The notes below the pieces were generated by a model. The model was not told the origin of the DNA. It made no database searches and was given only the letters and a program-made list of their open reading frames with translations. A program made the position numbers and the translations under genes. DNA of 64,000 bases from Octopus vulgaris. Lineage: Eukaryota. This document shows, one piece after another, positions 1-11,515 of the stretch; positions within the stretch are counted from its first letter, which is position 1, and each line of letters starts with the position of its first letter. The stretch lies in the NCBI GenBank assembly GCA_951406725.2, contig OX597821.1, positions 95,542,001 to 95,606,000 of the forward strand, in the 5' to 3' direction.

Positions 1-1198
1 TAGAAAGCCTGCCAGATCAGATTGGAGGCTGGTGCAGCCATCTGGTTTGCCAGTCCTCAGTCAAATTGTCCAACCCATGCCAGCATGGAAAGCGGATGTT
101 AAACGATGATGAAGATGATGCTGATACCAAGCCATCAGGCTAGCCTGAGCATATGTACTGCTTCATCCCAGTTATCGAAAATGCATGCGCTTCTTCCAGT
201 CCTCCAATGAAACCCTCCTTTTCCATATTTTTACTCACAAAAACCTCAAGCAATCATAACACAAACTGGAAAATGCAGTTGAAAAGTATAACTAGCTTGC
301 AAACAAGAAAGCTATAGTTTTATGATCATGCATATCACTGTTACCAGGCAAAATTTGAAATATTACACATCAAATTATGTGACAGGACATAACACCATAC
401 AAAAACTCACACCCAACCTTCTCATGTATATCCGTCATCCTTCTTCATTCTAGGAGTGACCTCAATTGTTCTCTATATTACTCAGTTTATGGGTCTTTTA
501 TTGGATTAAGAAATTTTGAATAAGTTAGTTGTGAAACCACCAATTTTACTACTACAAGTGTTTGATTACATTGCCTAGTGTATAGTACTGTTCCTGTTCA
601 TATAAGCCTATAATAACAGTGACATACTAATGCCAGAAAGTGAGCGATATGCATAGTTAGTAGCTGCTACAGTTTCACATACACCATTTGAATCGTGTAT
701 GTATATTGTATTATTGCACATATTGTATACTTTATTGACAGTTCCTTAATGTCAAACACTGTACAAACACTTAGTGGAAGAACCTGAATAGTGTAATTGA
801 TAGTTGCCACCTGACAGTAACCAGGTGTGTCTTATGGTTATCTGTGTATTTCACTGCCCATGTGCACGAGGAGAAGAATTTGAATATATTATATATATTT
901 GAATGATTTAAACAAACAACCATTTCATTAAATATACAGATATGGGGGTGGCTGAAGTGTCTAAAATTTTAAAAAATTCAATAAAACAGTTTATTTTTCT
1001 GATAAACAATTTTTCCGTAGTTTACTTTTACTCGATAAGACAGTGCCTGCAGATGAGCAATGATGCCCAAAATTGTCACCAGAATATGCTCGACATCTTG
1101 CAAGTCCTAGAACAGTGGTTCCAACAGGTCACTTTTTAGTGACCTTAAATGAAGCCAGTACTTGCCTACAGGTCAACTGTCCTAAACATGACACTCAC

Positions 1199-1264
1199 CT
1201 CCAAATCAGATTCACTTTTCTTTTCTGTTTTCTGACCTTGTTTGTCTTTCTGTTTCTCTTGATC
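1199..1264 (-). CDS. ARFGEF1: Duplicated 66-nt exon, copy D: DQEKQKDKQGQKTEKKSESDLE
   Basis: ttgtttgccag|GAT...GAG|gtgagt. Open frame, phase 0-0. Confidence 0.68.
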
Positions 1265-2068
1265 CTGGCAAACAATATACACATATAAATATATCTTACC
1301 ATCTACTACCTTTATTGCTTTCCTTTACTCTCTCACATTACTCTTTTCTAACACTCACTATTGACAATCATCCCGCGCTCTCAGCCAACCCTCTTGTGTC
1401 TCTCCTATTAATCTCTCTTCCCTCGTCATGCCACCTTAGTAAATTCCAAACCAAACATAATCGTTGTGGTGTGCCCAAGAGGATTGGATGTTAAATATTT
1501 GCAGTTAAATCTCACTTTTTGCTATTTCTATTCATCAGTTTCATAACCAACAACAGTCATAAGGCTGTCTATCACATTCTCATTCGCTTTTCTATTATAT
1601 ATATCTTCCATCATGCATATGCACATGTATGCAAAGCCTGCAGGCAAGATTTTATGAAGAAACTATCAGTTGCCTTTGGACACCAGTCTCTCCTCTCCAC
1701 AATATTAATGCTTATCTAAAAGAGAAACTTCCAACATGAGCCAATACATTTAGATATCAATGAAATCACAAGCGTTGCTGTCAGAACAGACTTCAAAATA
1801 CTGTGCCTAACAATCTAACAGTTCAATTGATCAACAGCCTTGGGCTTCTCTCTTTTCTCTTTTATACTTGTTTCAGTAATTTGACTGCGGCCATGCTGGA
1901 GCACCGCCTTTAATTGAGCAACTTGACCCCGGGACTTATTCTTTTTGTAAGCCCAGTACTTATTCTATTGGTCTCTTTTGTCGAACTGCTAAGTAACGGG
2001 GACATAAACACACCAGCATCGGTTGTCAATCAAGCAATGCTAGGGGGGCAAACACAGACACACAAACA

Positions 2069-2117
<49 letters not shown>

Positions 2118-3098
2118 TGTTTATGTCCCCATTACTTAGCGGTTCAGCAAAAGAGTCCAATAGAATAAGTACTGGGCTTACAAAAAGAATAAGTCCCGGG
2201 GTCGAGTTGCTTGATTAAAGGCGGTGCTCCAGCATGGCCGCAGTCAAATTATGATGGGCTTCTTTCAGTTTCCATCTACCAAATCCACTCACAAGGCTTT
2301 GGTCGGCCCGAGGCTATAGTAGAAAACACTTGCCCAAGGTGCCACGCAGTGGGACTGAACCCGGAACCATGTGGTTGGTAAACAAGCTACTTACCACACA
2401 GCCACTCCTGCGCCATTTTTTTAATGGAGATGAGAAGCAAAGTTTACCTTGGTGTGACATAAATTCAGTCATAAGAAACACTGTAATTCTAACTCTGCCA
2501 ATTCATCTTTTGCATTATTCTCACTCTTACCACTCTGGTCCTTTTCTATTAGTCTCTCTTTCTCTCTCTCTCTCTCATGTCACAATCATGATTATGTTGC
2601 TTTTATTCAATATCCTTGCCAATAACCATCATGTAGCTATCACACATCCTCTCATTTCTTTCACTGGATAGTGCAGGAAAGAAAGGAATAAACAGGGACA
2701 ATGCAGGGATAAGGTAACTATCTTTAGTCTTGCTGAGGGGCAAAGCTATCTTTCTATTGCTGATAAATTGGAGACAACATTCAATTGAGAGAAATCTTTA
2801 GCTGCCAGAAACAAAAAACAAAAACATCTCTGGTACTAGAGATATAAAATGCATCAAGGACAGCCAGTAAGGTGGTTGATCAAAGGAAGGGTGTCCAGCT
2901 GTAGAAATTATGACAAAAGAATTCAACATACAAATCATGTAGTCTACAAGTCAAATAGGCTATAGCTACAAAATAAGAACTGACTCAGAGTGGAATAGCA
3001 TTCAACCCATGCCAGCATGCAAAAGCAGACATAATATTATGATCATCACACACTAACACACATATGTATGTATGCACACACACACACACATATATATA

Positions 3099-3257
3099 TA
3101 TAAATTAAAGAAGAACCACCTTTTATCAATTCAACAATGAAATAACAATGATATAATTAAATTATACCATATAGAAAAAATTTAATTTTTTTCTATATGG
3201 TATAATTTAATTATATCATTGTTGAATTGATAAAAGGTGGTTCTTCTCTAATTTATA
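3099..3257. repeat. ~155-bp near-perfect palindrome/hairpin
   Basis: GAAGAACCACCTTTTATCAATTCAACAATGA...ATTATACCATATAGAAAAAA, short loop, TTTTTTCTATATGGTATAAT...TTGAATTGATAAAAGGTGGTTCTTC. Confidence 0.9.
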
Positions 3258-3586
3258 TACATATATTATATATTGTGAAATTTGATTTAGTATTACTAAA
3301 TTGAACTTTTCCCTGTAAGTTTGGAAAAAATATTCCCTAATATTATTATTATATCATCATCATCATCATATACATACATATCATCATCATCATTGTTTAA
3401 CATCCGTTTTCCACGCTAGCATGGGTTGGACGGTTCGACCGGGGTCTGGGAAGCCAGGGGCTGCACCAGGCTCCAGTCTGATCTGGCAGTGTTTCTACAG
3501 CTGGATGCCCTTCCTAACGCCATATATATATATATATATATGTGTGTATATATATATATACATACACACACACACACACACATAGC

Positions 3587-3621
<35 letters not shown>

Positions 3622-4451
3622 CAGACATACAAATACACATAAATAACTACATACTAATGTTGAGCTGGTCCACTAAGATACTAGGAAATCTCCTAGTGAA
3701 CCTTAAGTTGAGCCCCCTTTTTTTTCACGATAGAATATTTGATGGTATATGTATATATGTTTGCTTTAAAAAAAAAAGGATTTCTCAATCTTTCATTCTT
3801 ACTGCTTCATCATTTTTAATTATATTCCATGTTTTTTATAACCGATTATTTATTGTCGTTATGCGATAATTAATTTTAAATTCATTTTAGATCAGTTTTT
3901 GAACCTGTATTTCAAGCTGCAACACACAACCTTGAATTTTAAATTCTATTTCACTTAATTCAAAATTAAGCAACATTTTAAGAAAAAACAAACAAGAACT
4001 AAACTACATGGGAAGGCAAGCTGATAATAGAAGAAATATTTACAAGTTATGCTTCTAATTTCATGAATAATCCAATATTAAATAATCTGTCTAGTAGTTG
4101 AATTTAACAATGTAAAGTTACTTATTCAAGTAGCTTAATACTGTCATTTAAATCTTTGAGATTAGTTACATGCTAGTGTCAAAAAATGAAAGATATGTAC
4201 AGTATAGTGGGAATTATGTACCCTCTGCTTTTGCACATACTCTTTTACTTGTTTCAGTCATTTGAATGCGGCCATGCTGGAGCACCGCCTTTAATCGAGC
4301 AAATCGACCCCGGGACTTATTCTTTTGTAAGCCCAGTACTTATTCTATCGGTCTGTTTTGGCCGAACCGCTAAGTGACGGGGACGTAAACACACCAGCAT
4401 CGGTTGTCAAGCAATGCTAGGGGGACAAACACAGACACACAAACACACACA

Positions 4452-4495
<44 letters not shown>

Positions 4496-5117
4496 TAGAT
4501 AGATATATATACATATATACGACAGGCTTCTTTCAGTTTCCGTCTACCAAATCCACTCACAAGGCTTTGGTCGGCTCGAGGCTACAGTAGAAGACACTTG
4601 CCCAAGGTGCCACGCAGTGGGACTGAACCCGGAACCATGTGGTTGGTAAGCAAGCTACTTACCACAGAGCCACTCCTGTGCCATAGTGTATATTTTATTG
4701 GTGGCTTCTCAACTGGAGCATTCTGCAATCTGATAGAAGGCCTGAATGATATAATCCATGCTGGTAGTTGTCAACTAGTCAAGCCATATGTGTCTGTATC
4801 TGTGTGTATTATTTGTGTATTTCACTGCCCAAGTGAAATTTGAATATATTATATATATTTATTTAAATGTTTTAACTGTCTCCTTCATTGAATATAAAAA
4901 TATGAGGGTAACTGATATGCTTCCATGCTAGCATGGGTTGGACGGTTCGACCGGGGATCTGGGAAGCCAGAAGGCTGCACCAGGCTCCAGTCTTATCTGG
5001 CAATGTTTCTACAGCTGGATGCCCTTCCTAACGATATGTGTGTGTGTGTGTATGAAAATGGTCCTGAATTAAGTCAGTGCTTTCCTACAGGACAACTATC
5101 CTAAACATGACACTCAC

Positions 5118-5183
5118 CTCCAAATCAGATTTGTTTTTCTTTTCTGTTTTCTGAACCTGTTTATCTTTTTGTTTCTCTTGATC
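5118..5183 (-). CDS. ARFGEF1: Duplicated 66-nt exon, copy C: DQEKQKDKQVQKTEKKNKSDLE
   Basis: ttgtttgccag|GAT...GAG|gtgagt. Differs from copy A at 5 synonymous and 3 non-synonymous codons. Confidence 0.68.
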
Positions 5184-5559
5184 CTGGCAAACAATATATA
5201 CATGCATATATATAGCTTATTATCATCTATCTATATTGCTGTTCATCACTTTTTTCACATTACTGTTTCTCTCTCTCTCTCTGGCTATCAGTATCACACA
5301 AAAGACAATTTCTCTCTCTCTTACCATTCTGCTTCTCTTATAATACTCTCTTCTATCACCATTGTATTGGTTCTCTCCCAACATTCTATCTGATACACTT
5401 CTGTCATTTTCCATCTATTCAACCTCCTTGCCAATACCTGTCATATACTTGTAATCACATTATTCACTCGCTATCACCTACTCACTTCTATAACCCTCTT
5501 GGTCTGACTATCCTCATCCAATAATCTGTGAGAGAAAGGAACAAAAGGTCCCTGTAATA

Positions 5560-6243
5560 TCAGGTCATCCCATAAGTTCTATCTGATTTTTATTTTTTTT
5601 CAAAAATTGAAAGAAATTTAATAGTATTTTAGAATGTCTAATGGAATTAAAAATTATTTTTATGTATCTGTGAACATTTAAACTAATTAAATATCATTTT
5701 ACAGAATAATAGAATTAAAATTTCTTGAAAACCCTTTCTAACATAGAAGTATCCAAAGAGCATTTAAGGCACATAATGCTTTATGAGTACGAAAAAAGGA
5801 AACTGCACCTGAAGTAACTTGAAACATACACTCAGTTTATGGGAAAGAATGCTTGAATGAAAGAACTTGCAGAAGATGGTTTGCAAAATTCAGAAGTGGA
5901 GATGTCAGCCTTGAAGATGAAGATTGAACTTGAGGCATTACTTGAAGAAAATCCTGCATTATCAGTTGAAGAATTGGCAATAAAGCTTAGTTCAAACCAT
6001 ACAACTGTTCATCATCATCTTCAACAACTTGGAAAGGTTCCTAAACTTGGAAAATGGGTGCCTCATGAATTGTCCGAAAGCAACCGCAAATACCGAGTTG
6101 ACATCTGCTCTTCTCTCCATTCTTGCGAACTCATTTCACCCTTTTTGGATAGACTTGTGACTGGTGACGAAAAATGGATCTTCTATCGAAATGTTAAACA
6201 TCATAAACAGTGGCTTGGTAAAAGTGAAAAAGCTCAACCACAC
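5560..6243 (+). mobile_element. Mariner (Tc1/mariner) left end with degenerate, 3'-truncated transposase
   Basis: TA|TCAGGTCATCCCATAAG terminal sequence. Frameshifted N-terminus from about 5743, then the mariner motifs WVPHEL and RLVTGDEKW (ORF 5857-6252). Stops before the second catalytic Asp. Confidence 0.9.
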
Positions 6244-6265
6244 CTGTCCTAAACATGACACTCAC

Positions 6266-6325
6266 CTCCAAATCAGATTCACTTTTCTTTCCTGCTTTCT
6301 GTACTTGCTTATCTTTCTGTTGATC
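6266..6325 (-). CDS. ARFGEF1: Duplicated 60-nt exon, copy B: DQQKDKQVQKAGKKSESDLE
   Basis: ttgtttgctag|GAT...GAG|gtgagt. Carries an in-frame 6-nt deletion relative to the other copies. Confidence 0.62.
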
Positions 6326-7920
6326 CTAGCAAACAATATACGTATACATTTATATATACCTTACCATCTACTATCTTTATTGCTATACCTCAAACTCTCT
6401 CTCTACTTGTCAGCAATTATCTACCTCCATTATTCCATCTTCTATTATATCCACTTTGACATGTTACTTCTATTCAACCTCCTGACCAACAAACCCCATA
6501 TACCTGTAATCACAATCAATCACTATTCTAATGCTCTCTCCTCTATCACCTTTGTTCTCTTCTGTAACTTTTTCTTTCATCACAATCTCACTCAGCCTCA
6601 TCCAATTATGTGGAGAAAGTAAAGAACCAATGAATGGAGACAATGCTTGATGGAAAGTATTCTCATTTGTCTTGTGGGGGAATTGACTTCTTTGATGCTG
6701 ATCAGTGAATGAATGCAGACAGCATAAGGTGTTGAGGACTCATTAGTCTTAAGGACATGTCATAATAAATGCCACAAGAGCATTTAATAAAGATGCTTGG
6801 CATTGGTATGGCATCCAAATGTAAAGTGAGGGTAGACATGATCTTCAACCTCTCTATGTATTTATATACATACATATATATGTATGAATATAAGCATGTG
6901 TAATGTGTATGTCTGTTATCTATGTATGATCAGCGATGTTTCAATATCCAGTTTTCCATGCTTTCATAGGTCAAACATGGTTCTTTGAGGTAAATTTTTT
7001 TAAGGCTGGATGCCCTTCCAGTCACCAACCCTCAAGCAAGATAGTACTTCTCCATGACCAGACATGTTATCATGGAAGATTGGAAATGAACGACACTCAT
7101 TTACAAATATCACATGACATCAGGACAGGGAAGCACAAACATATATATACACACACACATACACAATTGTACACAGATAACTACATAGCAGTTCCAGTGT
7201 GGATAAAGGGAAATCTGGTGGCTCTCTTCAAGTTAGGCATTTCTTTGATGGTAGAATATTTGTAAATATATATGATTGCTCTGGAAAAGAATTATTTCTC
7301 AGTTTTGTCTTTTTTACTGAAGAATATATCTTATTTTTAATTATCGTATTTGTGCCAGCAGCACGTAAAAAGTGCCCATTACACTCTCAGAGTGGTTGGC
7401 ATTTGGAAGGACATCCAGCTGTAGAAACCTTGCCAGATCAGATTGGGGCCTGGTGCAGCCTCCTGGTTTTCCGGTCCTTAGTCAAACCATGCCAGCATGG
7501 AAAGCAGACGTTAAATGATGATGATTATTATTATTTCTTCATGATTTAATTGTTGTTCTATGATAATTAAACTAAAATTTATTTCAGTCTGGTTCTGTAA
7601 AGCAAGCTGCAACATTTAAGTTACTTTATAGAGTGTATAATATTTAAATTGTATACACTTCAATTCAAAAATAAGCAAAAGAAACAAAAATATAGATAAG
7701 GCAGGCCAATCACTATAATAAAACATGCAAATTATGGTAATATTTTCTTGAGTAATGTAATATATAATCTGTCCAGTTGATGAATTAAACAGTTTCAAGC
7801 TATAAAGAAGCTACTCAATGGTTTATAGCTGTCATGGAAGCTAATAAGGTCAACTACATTCTAGTACATGAGAATATGAGAGCTACATATAGTAGTAAGT
7901 GGCTGATAGAACAACATGTA

Positions 7921-8239
7921 TTGGGTCATCCCATAAATAATGCAGTTTTTTCAATTGCATGAACTCAAAGTTGGAGGTGGACAGGGTAAACTACCTGCAT
8001 CAACTTGCTATCAAAGCAGGTAGTAATTTTACCTTGTCCTTATTCTTAGCGCAAGTTTTGAAAAGTGCAGTTCAATTTTAACAGTTATTTTTTTCAAAGC
8101 TATGATGGAAGTGACAAAGGAGTATATTCAGCATATTTTGCTTTATGAATTCAATAAAGGCAACAACACAATGGAAAGTGTGAGGAATATTAATGCAGTA
8201 TATGGGGATAGGTCAACAGTGGTTCCAGAAATTCCGAGC
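7921..8239 (+). mobile_element. Second mariner left-end fragment
   Basis: TA|TTGGGTCATCCCATAA terminus related to the one at 5560. MEVTKEYIQHILLYEFNKGNN...INAVYGD and QQWFQKFR are mariner HTH-region motifs. Confidence 0.8.
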
Positions 8240-8835
8240 TTACAGATACGCTTTATCCACCTGCCCACAGGTGTTCCATCGCTTCTGTGCCTTTTCCTAT
8301 TCTATTGATACGAAAATGGCCCTTGCTTCTCAAAGTTGATTAGGTTCCTGTCACTTCAATTCAAGCATTCTACTCATCTTTCTTTAGCTCATTATCCTTG
8401 TAGTGTCCAACAGTCTGGTCTCACACTATTCACGATGCACATTCCGCCCTTCCCAAATCATCAGCCCTCAGGAATTCCCACCCTGCTCGTTATCATTCAT
8501 GCAATTGTTAACTTAGAAGAGCTCATGGGGAACATTCATAGCATCAATCCCACTGGTCTAAGAGGGCCTGCAAAGTCCATATGCACTGCCACTTCCTCCA
8601 GACCCAGCAAGTGCAAAAACCAAAACAAGAAAAAAAAGCTGAAGCATTTAAAATTAAATATTCAATAAAAATGGCTTATTTTCTCAATAAACAATCTTTG
8701 ACTACATTAGAATCATGCTAGATTTCTTCCCCGTATGACAGCTGTGGTCCTGACAGGATACTTCTATAAATGGTAGGGATCCTAAATTAAACCAGTACCT
8801 TCCAGCAGGTCAATTGTCCTAAACATGACACTCAC

Positions 8836-8901
8836 CTCCAAATCAGATTCACTTTTCCTTTCCGTTTTCTGGACTTGCTTATCTTTCTGTTTCTCTTGAT
8901 C
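8836..8901 (-). CDS. ARFGEF1: Duplicated 66-nt exon, copy A: DQEKQKDKQVQKTERKSESDLE
   Basis: ttgtttgccag|GAT...TTGGAG|gtgagtgtc. Phase 0-0, open frame, compatible with the phase-0 donor at 17985. Confidence 0.72.
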
Positions 8902-10278
8902 CTGGCAAACAATATACATATACAAATATCTTAGTATTACCTATCTTTATTGCTATCCACCATTCACTCTCCTCTATCACTTCTTATTCACACACACACA
9001 CACACACTCTCTTTTTACCCATTACTCCCTCTTTTATCATCGTGTCTCTTTACTGTTATTCGCTTTTTAACCCCAGCAAATTCTGAGCCAAATATGCAGA
9101 CACTGGCACTTATTTCTCCCTCGCTCATACAATTTCCACTCAATATCCTGTCCCATAACCATCATATAACTATCGCTCACAGTCTTCCATTACTCTCTTA
9201 ATCCAACCACTCTGTTTCTCTCCTCTCGCTCTAGTTCAATCACCTTCATGGTCATGTACAATCTCCTTACTAACAACTATCATATCACTGAAATGACTCT
9301 CTCTCTCTCTTGCTCCCATCACTTTGCCATATATGCTAAGTCGTAGTTTGTAAAGGCTGGGAAAAGAACCCAATTGAAAAGAAAACCCAAAGGATATGGA
9401 AAATTGGTATTGATGTTACCCAAAACAACAGTAAACAGCATATTAAATAGCTATGCCAATGCATATACTAACAGCCAACTAAATCATTATGAAGTCAAAC
9501 GTTACTAATGGAATTGACAAAATTCTACACAAATGGATAGTACTTAAGACACAGCAATGATGGGGCAGGAATTTATTATTTTGTTACAAAGTTGGCAGAT
9601 GGGCAACCAGAATATTTTATTGGCCAATCTAAAGTCAGAAGCTAGCTTAACCCCAATGTCCTCCTATGACTTAGCTTTCGATGGTTTTACTATCCCTGCT
9701 GCAACTTTTCATGCCTCAGTTTATTGCGTATGCAAAAGGTATTATGGATATGTGATTAGAATCATCATCAGTTAATGCCCACTTTCTATGCTGGCATGGC
9801 TTGGATGGTTTTGACAGGGAACCAACAGGCTGCAGGATTGCACAGAAATCCAATGTCATCTTTGGCATGGCTTCTACATGTAGATACCCTTCCTATCACC
9901 AACCACTTTATAGAATGCGCTGGGTGATTTATGTTGTGCGACTAGCACTAGTGAAGTTGCCATGTAACTTGCAAGAAAGAAAAGAACAGAGGAAAAGGAA
10001 ATGAAAAAAAGCTCCCTCTACTAAGAGGAAGTATTGGGAGGGATATAGTAAGTGTATAATTGGAAAATTAACAAACTGGAGATCTAATTATCTTAGAACC
10101 TTGAATCGTTATCATCATTGTTTTATGTCCTTTTTCCATGCTGGTATAGATTGAGCAGGTCGTTACTACTCTCCTAAAGGGGTTGAAGGACTACATTCCA
10201 TTTGTAAATTTTAATTTTTTTCTTTTCCAGTTTGGTTTCAACAGCTTCATGCCCTTCCTAAACCTCATCACTCTACAG

Positions 10279-11515
10279 CAGTGATTCTCAACCAGTGTGC
10301 CATGAAATCTTCCTAAGTGAACTGCAAAATTTTGAACGACACACTAAGAAAATGAAAAAAACCACATGATCCCAATTAAGTATTCACAGTCTGTGGTGTA
10401 ACATGTTGCACCACATAACTTTGTTCATTTAGGGATGAGCGAAATGCTTCCAAATGTTGCAATGCTAAAAATTCTATATCTTTTATTGTTTCGTTTGTCA
10501 TTAGTATTGATCACAGGAATGGATATTGGTCAATACTTGTCTTAAGGTGGGACCCCCTGATAAAAAAAAGTATTATATCATGCATCTTTTTTTTTCATTT
10601 TTATGGTAGAATCTACCTCTAAAATTGCAAAATGGAGGCTCGATGTGCCCACTTTATATGCTGGCATGGCTTGGATGGTATTGACAGGGAACCAGCAGGC
10701 TGCAGGGTTGCACAGAGCTCCAATGTCATCTTTGGCATGGCTTCTACATGTAGATACCCTTCCTATCACCAACCACTTTATAGAATGTGCTGGGTGATTT
10801 ATTTTGTGCGACCAGCACTAGTGAAGTTGCCATGTAACTTGTTCAATATGGGTTGATTTTTTGGCTTTTTACTTATCCGACAGCCCTGGACAAAAGCATC
10901 AATAATTACTTTCCATCATTAAAGACAGAAAAGTATGATTGGATTAGAGACCCTTTCCTAAAACATTCTTCCAACACCGAACTTGAGTTACAGGACGAAG
11001 AAGAATTGGCCACCCTTTCTAGTGACCAAGGGTTAAAATTCAACTCTGCCCATTGATTCATTTTGGATTTCAATTCAAGGGGAGTATCCCATATTATGTA
11101 AAAGAGCTTTAGCAATTTTATTACAATTTTCAACTTCTTATACATGTGAATTAGGCTTCTCAACATTAAACAATATCAAAAAAGAAGTGTGAGAGATTAT
11201 GTACAAGAGAAAAAGAAATGCGAAAATTATGAATAAAAGCCAGGTACAAATTTCTCACTAAAGAAGCCAGCTACTTGATCGATGAAACTCGAAACACTGC
11301 AATAAACTAAGTTCATAGCCGTGTTTTTCTTTATTTAGTTTGAGTTATTCTGTATCTCTGACCAATCTGTGTCTATGGTTGTATGCCATCTATGGCTTAC
11401 CATGTTTGTATTTTGCAAAATTCAAATATTTTTTCGTGTATATTTAGCCAGGTGTGCTGCAATTTTTTCATGTATTCCAAAGTGTGCTGTTGGCAAAAAA
11501 AGTTGAGATCCACTG
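10279..11515 (+). mobile_element. Internally deleted hAT (Buster/Charlie-like) transposon with both TIRs and an 8-bp TSD
   Basis: TIRs CAGTGATTCTCAAC...GTTGAGATCCACTG. TSD CTCTACAG at 10271-10278 and 11516-11523. C-terminal transposase remnant YDWIRDPF...FWISIQGEYPILCKRALAILLQFSTSYTCELGFSTL...QVQISH*. Confidence 0.9.

Noticed and set aside
8560-8586. Minus-strand VHMDFAGPL, resembling an LTR-retrotransposon integrase motif
   Set aside because: Only 9 residues, followed by a stop, with no other integrase motifs or LTR recognised.
1140-8930. Regularly recurring sequence considered as a CRISPR-like array or dispersed TE
   Set aside because: Eukaryotic intron context, kb-scale irregular spacing and no cas genes. 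The splice signals and open frame are better explained by exon duplication.
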